Assembly (NCBI GenBank): GCA_963728205.1
Contig: CAVSIV010000006.1
Location: 1,728,001-1,792,000 of the forward strand
Reading direction: 5' to 3'
Length of the DNA stretch: 64,000 nt
From: an uncultured Chloroflexia bacterium
Lineage (GTDB): Bacteria; Chloroflexota; Dehalococcoidia; UBA2979
Shown piece by piece: positions 17,804 to 30,199 of this stretch (positions are counted from its first letter, which is position 1; the number at the start of each line of letters is the position of its first letter). The translations under genes and the position numbers were made by a program. The notes beneath the pieces are model-generated. The model saw only the letters and a program-made list of their open reading frames with translations. It did not search any database and was not told the DNA's origin.

Positions 17804-20800
17804 GTGAGCGTTGATGACCGGGTCGCGGACGTAATCGCAGGGTGGCAGGAGAAGCTTCTCCAGCTCGACCGGCGGAACAACGTCCTGTACTTCAGGCCAG
17901 GTCGCCGCGCGGTCCCACTGCTCGAAGTCTCCCCCGACGAAATCGTTGAACGGCTCGCCGCATCCCGAGCCGGACTCTCGTTCCCTACGCCGAGCGTGTG
18001 CGATCCGCGGACGAGCCGAGGAGGACGAGTCCCCTCCGGCTCGCAGCGAGCCCGGGTGACCCCGGGCGATCTCTCCGCGGACGTGGACCCGGTCGAGCTC
18101 CAGACACGGCTCGCGCGGTTGCAGCGGTACGACCGCGAATGGGAGGAGGAGCAGGGCCTCAACGTGTTGTTCCTCGCCGTGGGCTTCATGAACTGGATCG
18201 ACGGTGACGGCGTGTCGGCGCGGTCGCCGCTTGTCCTGCTTCCATGCGATCTGCAGCGCGCGTCTCCGCGCGACGCGTTCTACCTCCTTCGGGAGGACGA
18301 TGACGTCGTTGTCAACCGATGCTCGCTCTCAAGCTGAAGGAACTGGGCATCGAGCTTCCGTAAACTGGAGACGAGGCGCTCTCCCACTACCCCGCGTCGG
18401 TTCGCCGCCTGGTTCGCAGCAGAGAAGGTTGGTCGGAACCAGACGACATCCTGCTCAGCCCCTCCGCGTATTCGAAGCTCGCCATGTACGAGGACTCGGA
18501 AGGGGTGCGGAGTGGGGTGGATCAGAGCGATCATCCAGTCCGCCGGCGTCCTCCCTCCGGAGTCCGCGCGGACCGAGGCGCGATTGCGGCGCCCGATCCG
18601 ATCCCCTCCGGATCGCGAGCCGCTCGGTGGGAAGCTCGACCATCCGCTCGATGTCCGGATCAATTCATGGCGCTTGACGCGGACTTCAGCCAGCTCCGCG
18701 CGGTCGAGACGGCCCGACGGGGATTGCACCTCGTCACCACGGGCCCCCTGGAACCGGCAAAAGCCAGACGATCGCGAATCTCATCGCGACGCTGCTCGCT
18801 CACCAAGAAGGTCCTGTTCGTCAGCGAGAAGACGGCAGCGCTCGATGTCGTGAAGCGCCGACTGGAGGACTGCGGCTGGGCGTCTTCTGCTGAGATGGAC
18901 AGCGAGCGCGGGAAGAAGAACTCGGTCGACGACGAGCTGGCCGCCTTGCTGAGCGACCCGCGGCCACTCGATGGCACTGTCTTCCCCGACGAGACGCTGA
19001 CCGAGCGGCGCTCGCACCTCAACCGGGTTGTCAGGTGCTCCACACCATCGGGCAGCCGCGAGGGCAGACGCCGTATCAAGTCCAGGGGCGCGAGGCGAGG
19101 TGCAGCGGGTGCCACGCGTCGACTTCGAGGTCGGCGACGTTGGAGCCCTCGACGAAGCGTGAGTCGTGCGCGTGCATGCGATCACGCGGCGCATCGAGGT
19201 GCGCGCGAGCGAGTTCGAAGCACATGCGACCAGTCGGTGGCGGCCGCTGAAAGTCACCCGGGTCTCCGTGCAGCTCCCGGACCGACTGCGCGACCAGATG
19301 CAAGCCGTCACCGGCGCGGTCGCCGCGCTGCTCGGGCCGGTCACGTCCGAGGCGGAGTGGGCCGGCGTGCGAGTGCCCGAGACCGCCGCTTCATGCACGG
19401 AACTGGCGATGCTGTTCGATCACCTGGCGGCCGGCGAAGGGGTCCCGAGCCGCTGGTTGAACGGCGAAACCGTCGCGAGCCTCCAGCGGATCGCTCGGAC
19501 GCAGGAAGACCAGCAGAGCAGGCGCAGGGCGTTGGAAGCGCAAACGGGGGCGTCCTTCGGCGAGGAACGGCCCCGTGCCGACTACCGCCGAGTCGCGTTG
19601 GCGATCGAGCGCGTGCGTGCGGAGCGACGTTCGTTCGAGGGGCTGATGGGGGGCAGATTGGCGGTCACGCCTGCTGCCCGATCCCGGCCAGGGCCTTGCG
19701 CAGGTGCGAGTAATCCAGGAGGCCGCTAACGCGGTCGCGCGGGCATCGTCTCAACTATCGGAGGCGCTGAGCGGCGGCCGTGAGCCGCAGTCCTCAGCCG
19801 GCGGGGGCAGACGGGAAGCGTGTTGCCGGTGGATTCGTCCTGGGCACAGCGCAGGGGCTGACGAGCGCGCTCGAGATCGCGCGCCAGCTCATGGATTTCT
19901 CTTCCCGGTTCCGGAATCATGGCTGGACCCGGCCGAGGCGGACGCGCTCCGGCGGGACATCGCGCAGACGCGCGACCAACTCGACGCGCTCACGAACGCC
20001 GAAGCACTGCTGGAAACCGACTTCGCCGACAGCCTGGTCGACCTCGTCGACCAGGAGATGCTCATCCGCTATCGGACGGACTACCAGAGCGTGTGGCACC
20101 GGCTCGGCGGCGCGTACCGCCGGGACCAGCGTGCACTCCGCGGCCAGCTCAAGGCACCCCTCGCAAACTGAGCGCCGCCGACGCGCTCAACGGCATCGAG
20201 CGTGGCCTCGACGTGAAGCGACGCCGCGAGGAGTGGCGTGAACGGGCTCCGGCCCTCCACGCCCGGTTCGGTGGCCGCTTCCGGGAGCGGGAGACGGACT
20301 GGGAGCGGCTCGTTGCCGATCTCGAAGGGACGATTGCGCACCGCCGTTCCTGGAAGGGCGGCACGGATTGGTTGCTGCCCTCCTTGCGGAACCTGACGCC
20401 AATCAGGAGCTTCGCTTCGCAGTCTCGGCCGTGGAGGAGTCACACGAGCAACTCACGGGGGCCCTGTTTGCGATTCCACGGGCGCGAGTTGTTCGAGGGC
20501 GCAGCGGAGCTGGATCACCTCTTTGATTCCTCGCGGCTCGTACAGACCCGCCGCTGCAGGAGCTGTTGGATGCGATGCGCGAGCTCGTCGGCCATTTCCG
20601 GGAGCCGCCGGCCGACCTGTCTGCACTGGCGGACCTCGTGGGAGGCGGTGCTTCGCCTCGAGGCGATTCCAATGGGTGAGGATGCCTATTTCGGGGCCGA
20701 AGCTCGCCGCGGACTTCGGTGGCCGGTACCAGGGAGACGCCACCGACTGGCCCACTAATTTCCAGCGCGCTGGACTGGACGGACGAGTTCCTGCGTCTCG

Positions 20801-23563
20801 TCTCGTATCCGCTGACGGACCGGGCGCGCGCTCACGCGACCGCGCCACAGGACTCCGCCGAGTACGCGCGCCACGCGACCGAGGTTCGCGCGGCGGCCGA
20901 GCGGTTCGTACGTGACATCGCCCCGCTTGACGAGGACTTCGACGTCGCCAGGACGACGTGGGGAGCGTGGGACGAGGCCCCATTGGCCGGCCTGCAGGAA
21001 TGGGCTGAAGATTTTTCCGAGCACGCGACGTCCGCTGCGGACTGGGTCGAGCACCGCTCAGCGGTGGCCGACCTCGAGCAGGAGTTCGGGCCGGGTGTGG
21101 TCGATTGCATCCGGACAGCAACCGCGGACTCGGCGCAGGTTCCAGGGATTGTCGAGCGGCGGCTGTTCGCAGCATGGCTCGATCACGCTCGCCACGAGGG
21201 CGAGCCGATCCTCGGCGACTTCACCGCCAGGGATCAGGAGGACGTCCGGCGCGCCTTCCGGGCGCTCGACCAGGTATTCGTTCGAGGCCGCGCGCTGGCG
21301 AGTGCGCGAGCGATGCTTCGTCGCCTACCCGGACCGCTACTCGACGAGCACAGGAGCGGGACAACTCGGGACGCTGCGCTCCGAACTCCCAAGCGGCGCC
21401 GGCGAATGCCGGTCAGGAGGCTGTTCCGGCGGGTACCGGGGCTCATGCAGGCACTCAAGCCATGCTTCCTCATGAGCCCGCTTGCGGTGAGCCAGTACCT
21501 CCCGCACGGCCAGCTGGCGACCGAGACCATGGAGTTCGGCGTCGTCATCTTCGACGAGGCCTCGCAGGTCTTACTCGAGGACGCCGTCCCCGCGCTCGCG
21601 CGAGCGAAGTACGCCATCGTTGCCGGCGACACGAAACAGTTGCCGCCGACGAACTTCTTCCGTCGCACACAGGCCGACGACGACGGTCCGGTCGACGACG
21701 ACGAGGACGAAGACGAGGACGGCTTCACGGGTCGCGAAAGCATCCTCGACGTGATGGTCGGCATGGCCGGTCGGAACGTCGCCGAGCAGTACCTGACCGT
21801 CCACTACCGGAGCAAGCACGAGAGCCTCATCCGGTACTCAAACCACTACTTCTACGAGGATCGCCTGCTCGATGTTCCTGGCGCCCGTGCGCGACGGCAG
21901 CGACAGCCACGTCGGGATCAAGGACGTCGATCCGCCAGATGCGCGGTACGACGCCGGTGCGTCCAAGACGAACAGGGGCGAAGCCGAGGAAGTCGTTGAG
22001 CGCGTATTCGCCCTCATGCGCTCTCGCCCGGAGGGCGAGAGCGTCGGAGTCGTCGCGCTATCCGGGCGCAGGCGGACTACATCGAACGCATGGTCGAGGA
22101 ACGCCGTCTCGAGGAACTGGATCTCGACGAGCGTTTCGCCGAGGACCGGCACGAACGGTTCTTCGTGAAGAACCTCGAGAACGTCCAGGGCGACGAGCGC
22201 GACCACATCATCCTGAGTTGTTGGGGTACGGGCCCTACCGTGGGGTCGGGGGCCGTGCCCAATCCGCTCGGTCCCATCAATTCTGCCGGGCGGACTAGCG
22301 CCGGCTCAACGTCGCTGTGAGCCGCGCCCGCTTGAAGCATGACCGTCGTGCACTCGCCCGCGTCGGAGGACATCGTGGCTCAGAGCGAGGGAGTCAAGGG
22401 TTGCTCCGCCGGTACCTGGAGTACGTGCGCAACCCGGCCCCGGCGCGTCTTCGAGGCGGAGGTCACCGTCGACCGCGCGGCGGAGCCCGAGTCGCCCTTC
22501 GAGGAAGAAGTGCGCCGCGCGCGCTCGAGGGACGCGGCTATCGCGTCGATTCCGCAGGTGGGGGTTTCCGGGTACCGGATTGACCTTGGCATCGCGTCCG
22601 AGGAGCGGGACACGGTACGACCTCGGCATCGAGTGCGACGGCGCGACGTATCACCGCGCACCGGCCGCGCGAGACCGGGACCGCCAGCGGCAGCAGGTGC
22701 TGGAGGGGCTGGGCTGGCGGATCGACCGCGTCTGGTCAACCGCCTGGGCGCGCAATGCAGACGGCGAGATTGCGGCGCTCGAGCGCGCCATCGCCGATGC
22801 GCGAGCCGGTACGCCCAACGAACCGGTCCCCCCGGGGGGCGGTGGCGGGAAGGGGCCGAACCTTCAAGTGGTTCCGATAAGCCCCGATGACCGGGAGGCG
22901 CGCTTTACCGTCGTGCCGCCACCCGACTCGTCTGCGGAGGAGCCGGCTCCATTGTTCGACGAATACGACGAGGCGTCGCTGTCCGACATCCGGGTCGGGC
23001 CGGAGCTCCGCTACGAAGTCGAGCCGACGATGACCGCGCTCATCCGGCGAGTGGTCGAGGTGGAGCAACCGGTGCACGTGGACCTCGTTGTTGAGCGCAT
23101 TTGCGACCGGTATCGGCTACACCGTGCCGGCTCTGCGATACGCGAGCGCGTCGAACGCGGCGTCCGGGAAGCAGTCAAGGCCGGCGTCGTAGCGCGCGAT
23201 GGGGCCGGACCGCAGAGCGCGTTCCTCCGTCTCCCGGCGGCCGACGGGGCGCCACCGCGTCGGCCCTCGAAACGGACCACCCGGACGATTGACCACATCG
23301 CAAACAGTGAGTTGGACACGGCCCTGTTGCTGGTGGCGTCGGAGGTGTTCGGCGCGGAGAAGGGCGAACTCATCGTCGAGACGGCACGTGAGTTGGGGTT
23401 CGACCGGACAGGTGCGCGGATTGAGCATCGGCTGAGGCAGGCGATCGACAGGCTGGTGAAGCAAGGCCGCTTGCGCCAGCAGTTCGACACCCTGGTAGCC
23501 GTTGCAGCTTCTTCGCAGGTGCGACCTGACGGGGAATCGTACGAAGAGGGCGTTGTTGGCTAG
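17804..23563 (+). CDS. DUF4011 - SF1 helicase - Vsr-like nuclease - DUF3320 protein (Hhe-like anti-phage protein); many frameshifts
   Basis: WQEKLLQLDRRN, EEQGLNVLFLAVG, DADFSQ, KKVLFVSEKTAALDVV, KPCFLMSPLAVSQYL, IFDEASQV, GDTKQLPPT, HYRSKHESLI, KNLENVQGDERD, ESPFEEEV, IECDGATYH, RDRDRQRQ..LEGLGW, VEVEQPVH, TARELGFDRTG in shifting frames. Confidence 0.85.
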
Positions 23564-23806
23564 GGGCCGTCCGCTTCCGGAAGGGCCAGGGTGGCGATCG
23601 TCGATTTGCACGGCGCTTCCGAGAGCTGCAGCAGGGTGTTGCGCGGGAAGGCCATGGGACGTTCCGTCTCCGACTCCTCCGCGCCTACGGCGGGAAGTGT
23701 GCCGCGGCCGGGGCGGACGCGGAGCACGTGCAGGGGCGCGTTCGGTATCGCGCCGGCTGCCCAGGTGGATAGGGGGCGACGGTGCGCGGAGCGGTCGAAC
23801 AGGAGC

Positions 23807-25193
23807 ATGCGTTCGATTTGAATGTCGAAAGGTCCTCGAGCATTGGCCCGTCCCGTTCGCAATACGCGAGGTGATCGCCAACGCGCTGGACGAGCGGCGC
23901 TGACCGGCACCGCCGACCCGAACATCCCGTGCGACAAGATGGCCGGTGGCACATCCGCGACTACGGCCGGGGGCTGCGTTACAAGCACCTGTCGCAGAAG
24001 GAGAACTCGGAGAAGCGCGGCCTCCCGGCGCGGTCGGCCAGTTCGGCATGGGTTTGAAGGACGCTCTGGCCGTGTTCGACCGCCGCGGCGGGGGGTCATC
24101 CGCTCGGCGCACGGCGACATCCTCATCGCGAAGCGCCAGAAGGCGGGGTTTCCCGACGTGCGTACTGCACGCCCTCGTCGGGCCGCCGGCCGATCCCCAC
24201 TCGTTGGCACGGACGTGGCGCTGACCGGAGTAGACGAGAAGCAGGTGGCGGACGCCAAGGGGTTCTTCCTGCGTTTCTCCGACGAGCCGTGAACTGGAGT
24301 CGACGCCCGACGGGCAAGTGCTGAAGCGAGCGAAAGGTGCTGCGACCAGCCGGATCTACGTGAAGGGGCTGCGCATCGCAGAGGAGCCCAACTTCCTGTT
24401 CAGTTACAACATCACCGACATCAACGCGCCGCTGCGGCGTGCATTGAACCGTGAGCGATCAAGTGGGCGCACTGCGTATACGGACCGGTGAAGGAGTGCT
24501 CATCGAGTGCGCCTGCCTGACGGTCGCGAGGCCCGTTGGCCGAACGATCTCGGCGGCCTTCTCTGCAGGCACCCAGCACGACGAGCTCCTATCATGGACC
24601 GAGGTCGCGCTGCATGCCTGTAGAGTTCTTCAGTCACACGAGAAGGTGGTCTTCGTGACTGCGGGCAGCTGGTCAAGCAGGCAGTCCACAACTGACGTAC
24701 GCTCGGGACGACGGCTACCGGCTTGTGACAATCCCCGACGACATCGCGGCTCGGCTCGGAAAGATGACAGATCTTGGGGGCCGGCCGTTGATGGACCTTG
24801 GTGCCTACAGGACATCATGGAATGAGAGCTTCTCCTACACCTTCGTGGAGCCGGACGATTTTTCCCCGCGGGAACGTGCGTCCTACGAACGAACGACGGC
24901 CATTCTTTGCGCTGATCCGACAGCGCATGGGCACTGGCCGTATCAAGCGTGTTCAGATCTCCAGACAATGCGCCTCATGGAGTCGGGCGATCAGGTTCGG
25001 GGACTCTGGGATCCAGACGAGGGACGAATCATCATTCGGCGCGATCAAGCTGGGCAATCTCGCTGCGTACGCGGGGACGCTTCTGCACGAGCTTGGCCAC
25101 GCCACCAGTGGCACGGTGGACCAGTCCATGGAATTTGAAGAGGTTCTCTCAGTCATGCTCGGTCGGGTTGCCGCGACTGCCCTCGCTTCCTGA
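23807..25193 (+). CDS. GHKL-type ATPase with C-terminal HExxH zincin-like domain; many frameshifts
   Basis: RBS aggag, ATG 23807; VLEHWPVPFAIREVIANALDE (N box), IRDYGRG (G1), GQFGMGLKDAL (G2), RIYVKGL, C-term AGTLLHELGHATSG. Confidence 0.7.
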
Positions 25194-25295
25194 GCCGGTG
25201 GCGCAGCGAGGCGCGCGTTCACAGGTCTCGCGAGCAGGTGGCGAGAGTCATGAGTGCTTCACCGGGCGCGGGGCGCCTGTTCAAGAGGGAGTCGA

Positions 25296-27274
25296 ATGGA
25301 CGCGAGCGAACTAGGCTGGATCACCAACTACATCTGGGGCATCGCTGACGATGTCCTTCGCGACCTCTACGTCCGCGGCAAGTATCGCGACGTGATCCTG
25401 CCCATGACCGTGCTCGCCGGCTCGACGCCGTCCTCGAACCGACGAAGGGTGCCGTGCTGAGCATGAAACGGTCGCTGGACGCGCGGCATCACGAACCAGG
25501 ACGGGCCCTGCGTCAGGCAGCTGGCCAGGCGTTCTACAACACCTCTCCGTTCACCCTCCGAGACCTCCGCTCCCGCGCCAGCCAGCAGCAGCTGCGTGCG
25601 GACTTCGAGGCGTACCTCGACGGGTACTCCTCGAACGTGCAGGACATCCTCGAGAACTTCGAGTTCCGCAACCGGATCCCTCGCCTCTCGATGGGGCGGA
25701 CGCGCTCGGGACGCTGATCGAGAAGCTGCTGTCACCTGGCATCAACCTGAGTCCGAATCCGGTCCTGAACGGCGATGGCTCCGCGAAGCACCCTGGCCTC
25801 GACAACCATGCGATGGGGACGATTTTCGAAGAGCTGTTGCGTCGCTTCAACGAGGAGAACAACGAGGAGGCCGGCGAGCACTGGACGCCGCGCGATGCGG
25901 TGAAGTTGATGGCGAACCTGATCTTCCTCCCGGTCGCCGACGCGATCGAGTCCGGCACGTACCTCCTCTACGACGGGGCCTGCGGCACGGGTGGCATGCT
26001 GACCGTTGCCGAGGAGACGCTGCAGGAGCTGGCGGGACAGCACGGCAAGGAGGTCTTCCACCCACCTCTACGGGCAAGAGATCAACGCGGAAACCTACGC
26101 GATCTGCAAAGCGGACCTGCTCCTGAAGGGAGAGGGCGACGCCGCCGACAACATCGTCGGGGGCCAGAGCATTCGACGCTTTCCAACGACGCCTTCCCGT
26201 CACGTGAGTTCGACTTCATGCTCAGCAACCCGCCCTACGGAAAGAGCTGGAAGAGCGACCAGGAGCGCATGGGCGGCAAGTCCGGGATGCGCGACCTGCG
26301 CTTCGTCATCGAGCATGCCGGCGATCCCGAGTACTCGCTCGTCACCCGCTCGAGCGACGGGCAGATGCTGTTCCTCGCCAACATGCTGAGCAAGATGAAG
26401 CACGGCACACCGATGGAGTCGCATCGCCGAGGTCCACAACGGGAGCTCGCTCTTCACCGGCGACGCCGGGCAGGGCGAGAGCAACATCCGCCGCTGGATC
26501 ATCGAGAACGACTGGCTCGAGGCGATCCTCGCGCTGCCGTTGAACATGTTCTACAACACCGGCATCGCCACCTACGTCTGGGTGCTCAGCAACCGCAAGC
26601 CGGCCGACCGCGCCGGCCGCGTGCAGCTCATCGACGCGACCCAGTGGTACACGCCACTGCGAAAGAACCTGGGCAAGAAGAACTGCGAGCTGTCCGAGGC
26701 GGACATCCGGCGCGTCTGCGAGACGTTCCTGGCCTTCGAGGAGACCGAGCAGTCGAAGATCTTCCCCAACGCCGCCTTCGGCTACGAGAAGGTGACAGTG
26801 GAGCGCCCGCTGCGACTGCGCGGCGTCGAGGGCGGGCGTGTCTATTCCGCGAAGGAACTAAAGGTGCTCAAGGAGTCGGCGGGGCGCGACGACGACGCCC
26901 CCCGCTGATCAAGAAGGTGCACAAGCGTGTCGCGGCGCAAGACCCGATCCGAGGGCTGTTCGAGGCGACGGTCGATGGCAAGCCCGCCGTCGTGGAGTAC
27001 GAGCCGGACACTGACCTGCGCGACACCGAACAGGTGCCGCTGCTGGAGGAGGGTGGCATCGAGGCGTTTCTCCGCCGCGAGGTGCTGCCGTACGCCCCCG
27101 ACGCCTGGATGGGACGGCAGCGTGAAGATCGGCTACGAGGTCAGCTTCACGCGGTACTTCTACAAGCCGCCGCCGCTGCGCTCGCTGGAGGCAATCCGCG
27201 CCGACATCGTCGCGCTTGAGAGCGAGACTGAAGGGTTGCTGAAGGAGACTGATCGAAGCGGAGCTGCGCGATGA
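25296..27274 (+). CDS. hsdM: type I R-M N6-adenine methyltransferase subunit; several frameshifts
   Basis: ITNYIWGIADDVLRD, GKYRDVILPMTVL, EAGEHWTPRDAV, YDGACGTGGML (motif I), MLSNPPYG (motif IV), FYNTGIATY, KIGYEVSFTRYFY. Confidence 0.93.
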
Positions 27275-29090
27275 AAGCGATCCACGGGAAGGCGAAGAGC
27301 GTTCGGCAGCTTCTTCAGGGCGTGAAGTACTCCATCGACTACTACCAGCGCGAGTACCGGTGGAGGCCAAGCAGGTTCGCGAGCTCGTCAACGACCTCAG
27401 CGGCACGTTCCTCGAGGAGTACCAGCCCGGACTCAGCCGGACCAAGGTCGCCGATTTCCCCACTACTTTCTCGGCTCGATCATCATTAGCCAGAAGGGCA
27501 GCGAGATTTTCGTCGTGGACGGCCAGCAGCGACTCACGAGCCTGACCTTGATGCTGATCTCCTGCGTAACCTCCAGGGGGATCGTCCCGAGCGGTGAACA
27601 TCGACGAACTCATCTTCTCGGAGCGATACGGGCAGAAGACGTTCAACCTCGCGGTCGATGAACCGCCCTGTGTATGGAAGCCCTGTTCGACAGCGACGCG
27701 TTCGATCCATCCGACCAGACCGAATCGGTGCAGAACCTATACGCGGACCAGGATCTGACTCGAGAAGCTCCCGAGGAACTTCGAGAAGCTGCCCTCCCTT
27801 ACTTCGTGGACTGGGTCATCGACAACGTCCACCTCGTCGAGATCACGGCGTACTCGGACGACGACGCCTACAAGATCTTCGAGACTATGAACGACCGAGG
27901 TCTGTCACTCAGCCCAACCGACATGCTGAAGGGCTACCTGCTCGCCAACATGGAATCGCAGCGACGCGTCCCCGCGAACGAGCTATGGCGCGGGCGCCTG
28001 CTCCAGACTCAATGAGTGGGGCGATGACTCCGATGCCGACTTCTTCAAGGCGTGGCTTCGGAGTCAGTACGCGACGCGATCCGAGAGCGCAAGCGCGGCG
28101 CGGTCCCTGAGGATTTCGACCGTATTGGCACGGAATTCCATCGCTGGCTCCGGGAGGCGAGCCTTCGATCGGCCTCAATCAGCCGGACGACTTCTTCCGC
28201 TTCCTCCAGCGTGACTTCGACTTCTACAGCAAGCAGTACCTGCGCATCGCGGAGGCCGAGATGGAGCCCGTGGAGGGGCTTGAGCACCTGATGTACGTGT
28301 TCGACCACGGCTTCACGCTGCACTACATGCTGCTGCTCGCTCCGCTACGCCCCGAGGACTCCGAGGATGTCGTCACGGTGAAGCTCGGGCTCGTCGGACG
28401 TTTCACCGATACACTTCTGGCATGGCGAATCTGGAACTGGCGATCGATCGCGTACTCGACCATGCAGTACGCGATGTTCCTTGTGATGCGCGAGATTCGA
28501 GGGTTAGAGCCGGTGGCGCTGGCTCAGAAGCTCCACGGCCTCCTGAGCGTGAGCCCGAGACGTTCGCGACCAACAACCGGCTGCGGATGCACCAGCAGAA
28601 TCGCTACGCCCTTCACCGCCTATTGGCGCGAATGACCGACTACGTCGAGACGCAGTCAGGGCAGGCCTCGCGCTACCCGGAATACGTGGCGTCTGGGAAG
28701 GATCGCTACGAGGTGGAGCACATCTGGGCCGACCACTTCGATCAGCACCGCGATGAGTTTTCGCATGAAGCGGACTTTGCGGAGCATCGGAACCGCATCG
28801 GTGGGCTGCTGCTGCTGCCGAAGTCGTTCAACGCGTCATACGGGGACTTGCGATACGAGAAGAAGCTCCCACATTACAATACGCAGAACCTGCTCGCGCG
28901 GTCGCTGCATCCACAGGCATACGATCACAACCCAGGTTTCCTGCAGTTCATCAAGGCCAGTGGTCTCCCCTTCCACCCCTACGAGCACTTCAAGCAGGCG
29001 GACATCGAAGAGCGCGCCGAGCTCTATCGGCGGCTCGCCGAGCGCATCTGGAACCCCGACGACCTGTTGCGGGAGGTCGAGGCGCTCTGA
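27271..29090 (+). CDS. GmrSD-family (DUF262 + DUF1524) modification-dependent restriction nuclease; several frameshifts
   Basis: YSIDYYQREYRW, VVDGQQRLTSL, IFETMNDRGLSL (DUF262); YEVEHIW, NRIGGLLLLPKSFNASYG (DUF1524 HNH). Confidence 0.88.
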
Positions 29091-29161
29091 TGCTTACCCA
29101 CCTCCCTCCCTACGCCGCCTACCGCGACACCGGGCTGAGCTCGGCCGGGGAGGCACTCTGA
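29090..29161 (+). pseudogene. 23-codon remnant/duplicate of the hsdS 5' end (MLTHLPPYAAYRDTGLSSAGEAL)
   Basis: First ~45 nt nearly identical to 30876-30920 (MLTHLSPYRAYRDSG); coupled by TGATG overlaps to the genes on both sides. Confidence 0.75.
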
Positions 29162-30199
29162 TGCCGACTCGTCAGGAACTCCTCGCCTCTATTCCCACTA
29201 CGACTGCCGACTACCGCGCGGGTGAACTCCCCGCGCCGACGCCCGGAGCACGTAGATCGCTGGGTCGGGCAGTTTCCGACTGACGTGCAGGAGGCGATGC
29301 TCGGCGAGATCGATCACGTCCTCAAGAGCACATACTTCAGCCGTGCTCGCGCCCAGCAGTATCTGACGAGCCTCATCTCTACCGAGGGGATCGCTGGTCT
29401 CGATCCTGCGGCGTTCTGGGTCAACGTGACTTGTCTCGATGGTCAGGCTCACGGATCTTCGCAGCGTGAACTCGTCGCGACGTTCACCAAGCTGCTTCGG
29501 GACGCCTTCGGGATCGAGATCACCGATCCTGTCATCAACCCACGGGTGTTCTTGTATCTCGATGACGCAATCTTTAGCGGCGACACCCTTCGCCGCGACC
29601 TGCGGTCGTGGATTGAGAACGATGCACCCGCGATGGCAAGCGTTCACGTTGTGGTGTTCACCCTCCACACCGGATTCTGGTACGCCAGGAAGCGGATCGG
29701 GGATGCGATACAGGCGTCCGGGAAGCAGATCACAGTCACCTACTGGCGCGCACAGGAGGTGAAGAACAAACGGGATGAGCGACGTGACGCAGGCGTTCTG
29801 TGGCCTTGGGAGATACCCGATGAGGAGGTCGTTCAGAACTACGTTGGAGGTCTTCAGCACGCGGTGACACTCAGGCCGCTAGGTGGCGATCTCGGCCCCT
29901 TCTCTTCGGAGGGCGGTCGCCAGCTACTGGAGAGGGAGTTCACGATCGCTGGTGCACGGATCCGCTCGGCCTATCAAGACCCCAGCGACATCCTCCGTCC
30001 GCTCGGATACAGCCGCTTTGGACTTGGCTTCGGCTCGATGACGGTGACCTATCGCAACTGTCCGAACAACGCCCCACTTGCACTCTGGTGGGGCAACGCG
30101 GGTGGAGTCGGACCCGCCCACTTCAACAACTGGTACCCGCTCGTCCCCAGAAAGGTGCATCAGCAGAATCCGGGAGGCCTTTATGCCTTCTCCGTCTGA
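29161..30199 (+). CDS. phosphoribosyltransferase-like protein (conflict-system PRTase type); one indel near 29,243
   Basis: PRPP-binding-loop pattern FLYLDDAIFSGDTL; N-term TTADYRAGE..PEHVDRWVGQF; C-term PLGY...GFG...YRNCPNNAPLALWWG...WYPLVPRK. Confidence 0.75.

Noticed and set aside
23560-23800. Small minus-strand ORF (MAFPRNTLLQL...) or gene remnant
   Set aside because: Too short, with no recognisable motif; cannot be supported
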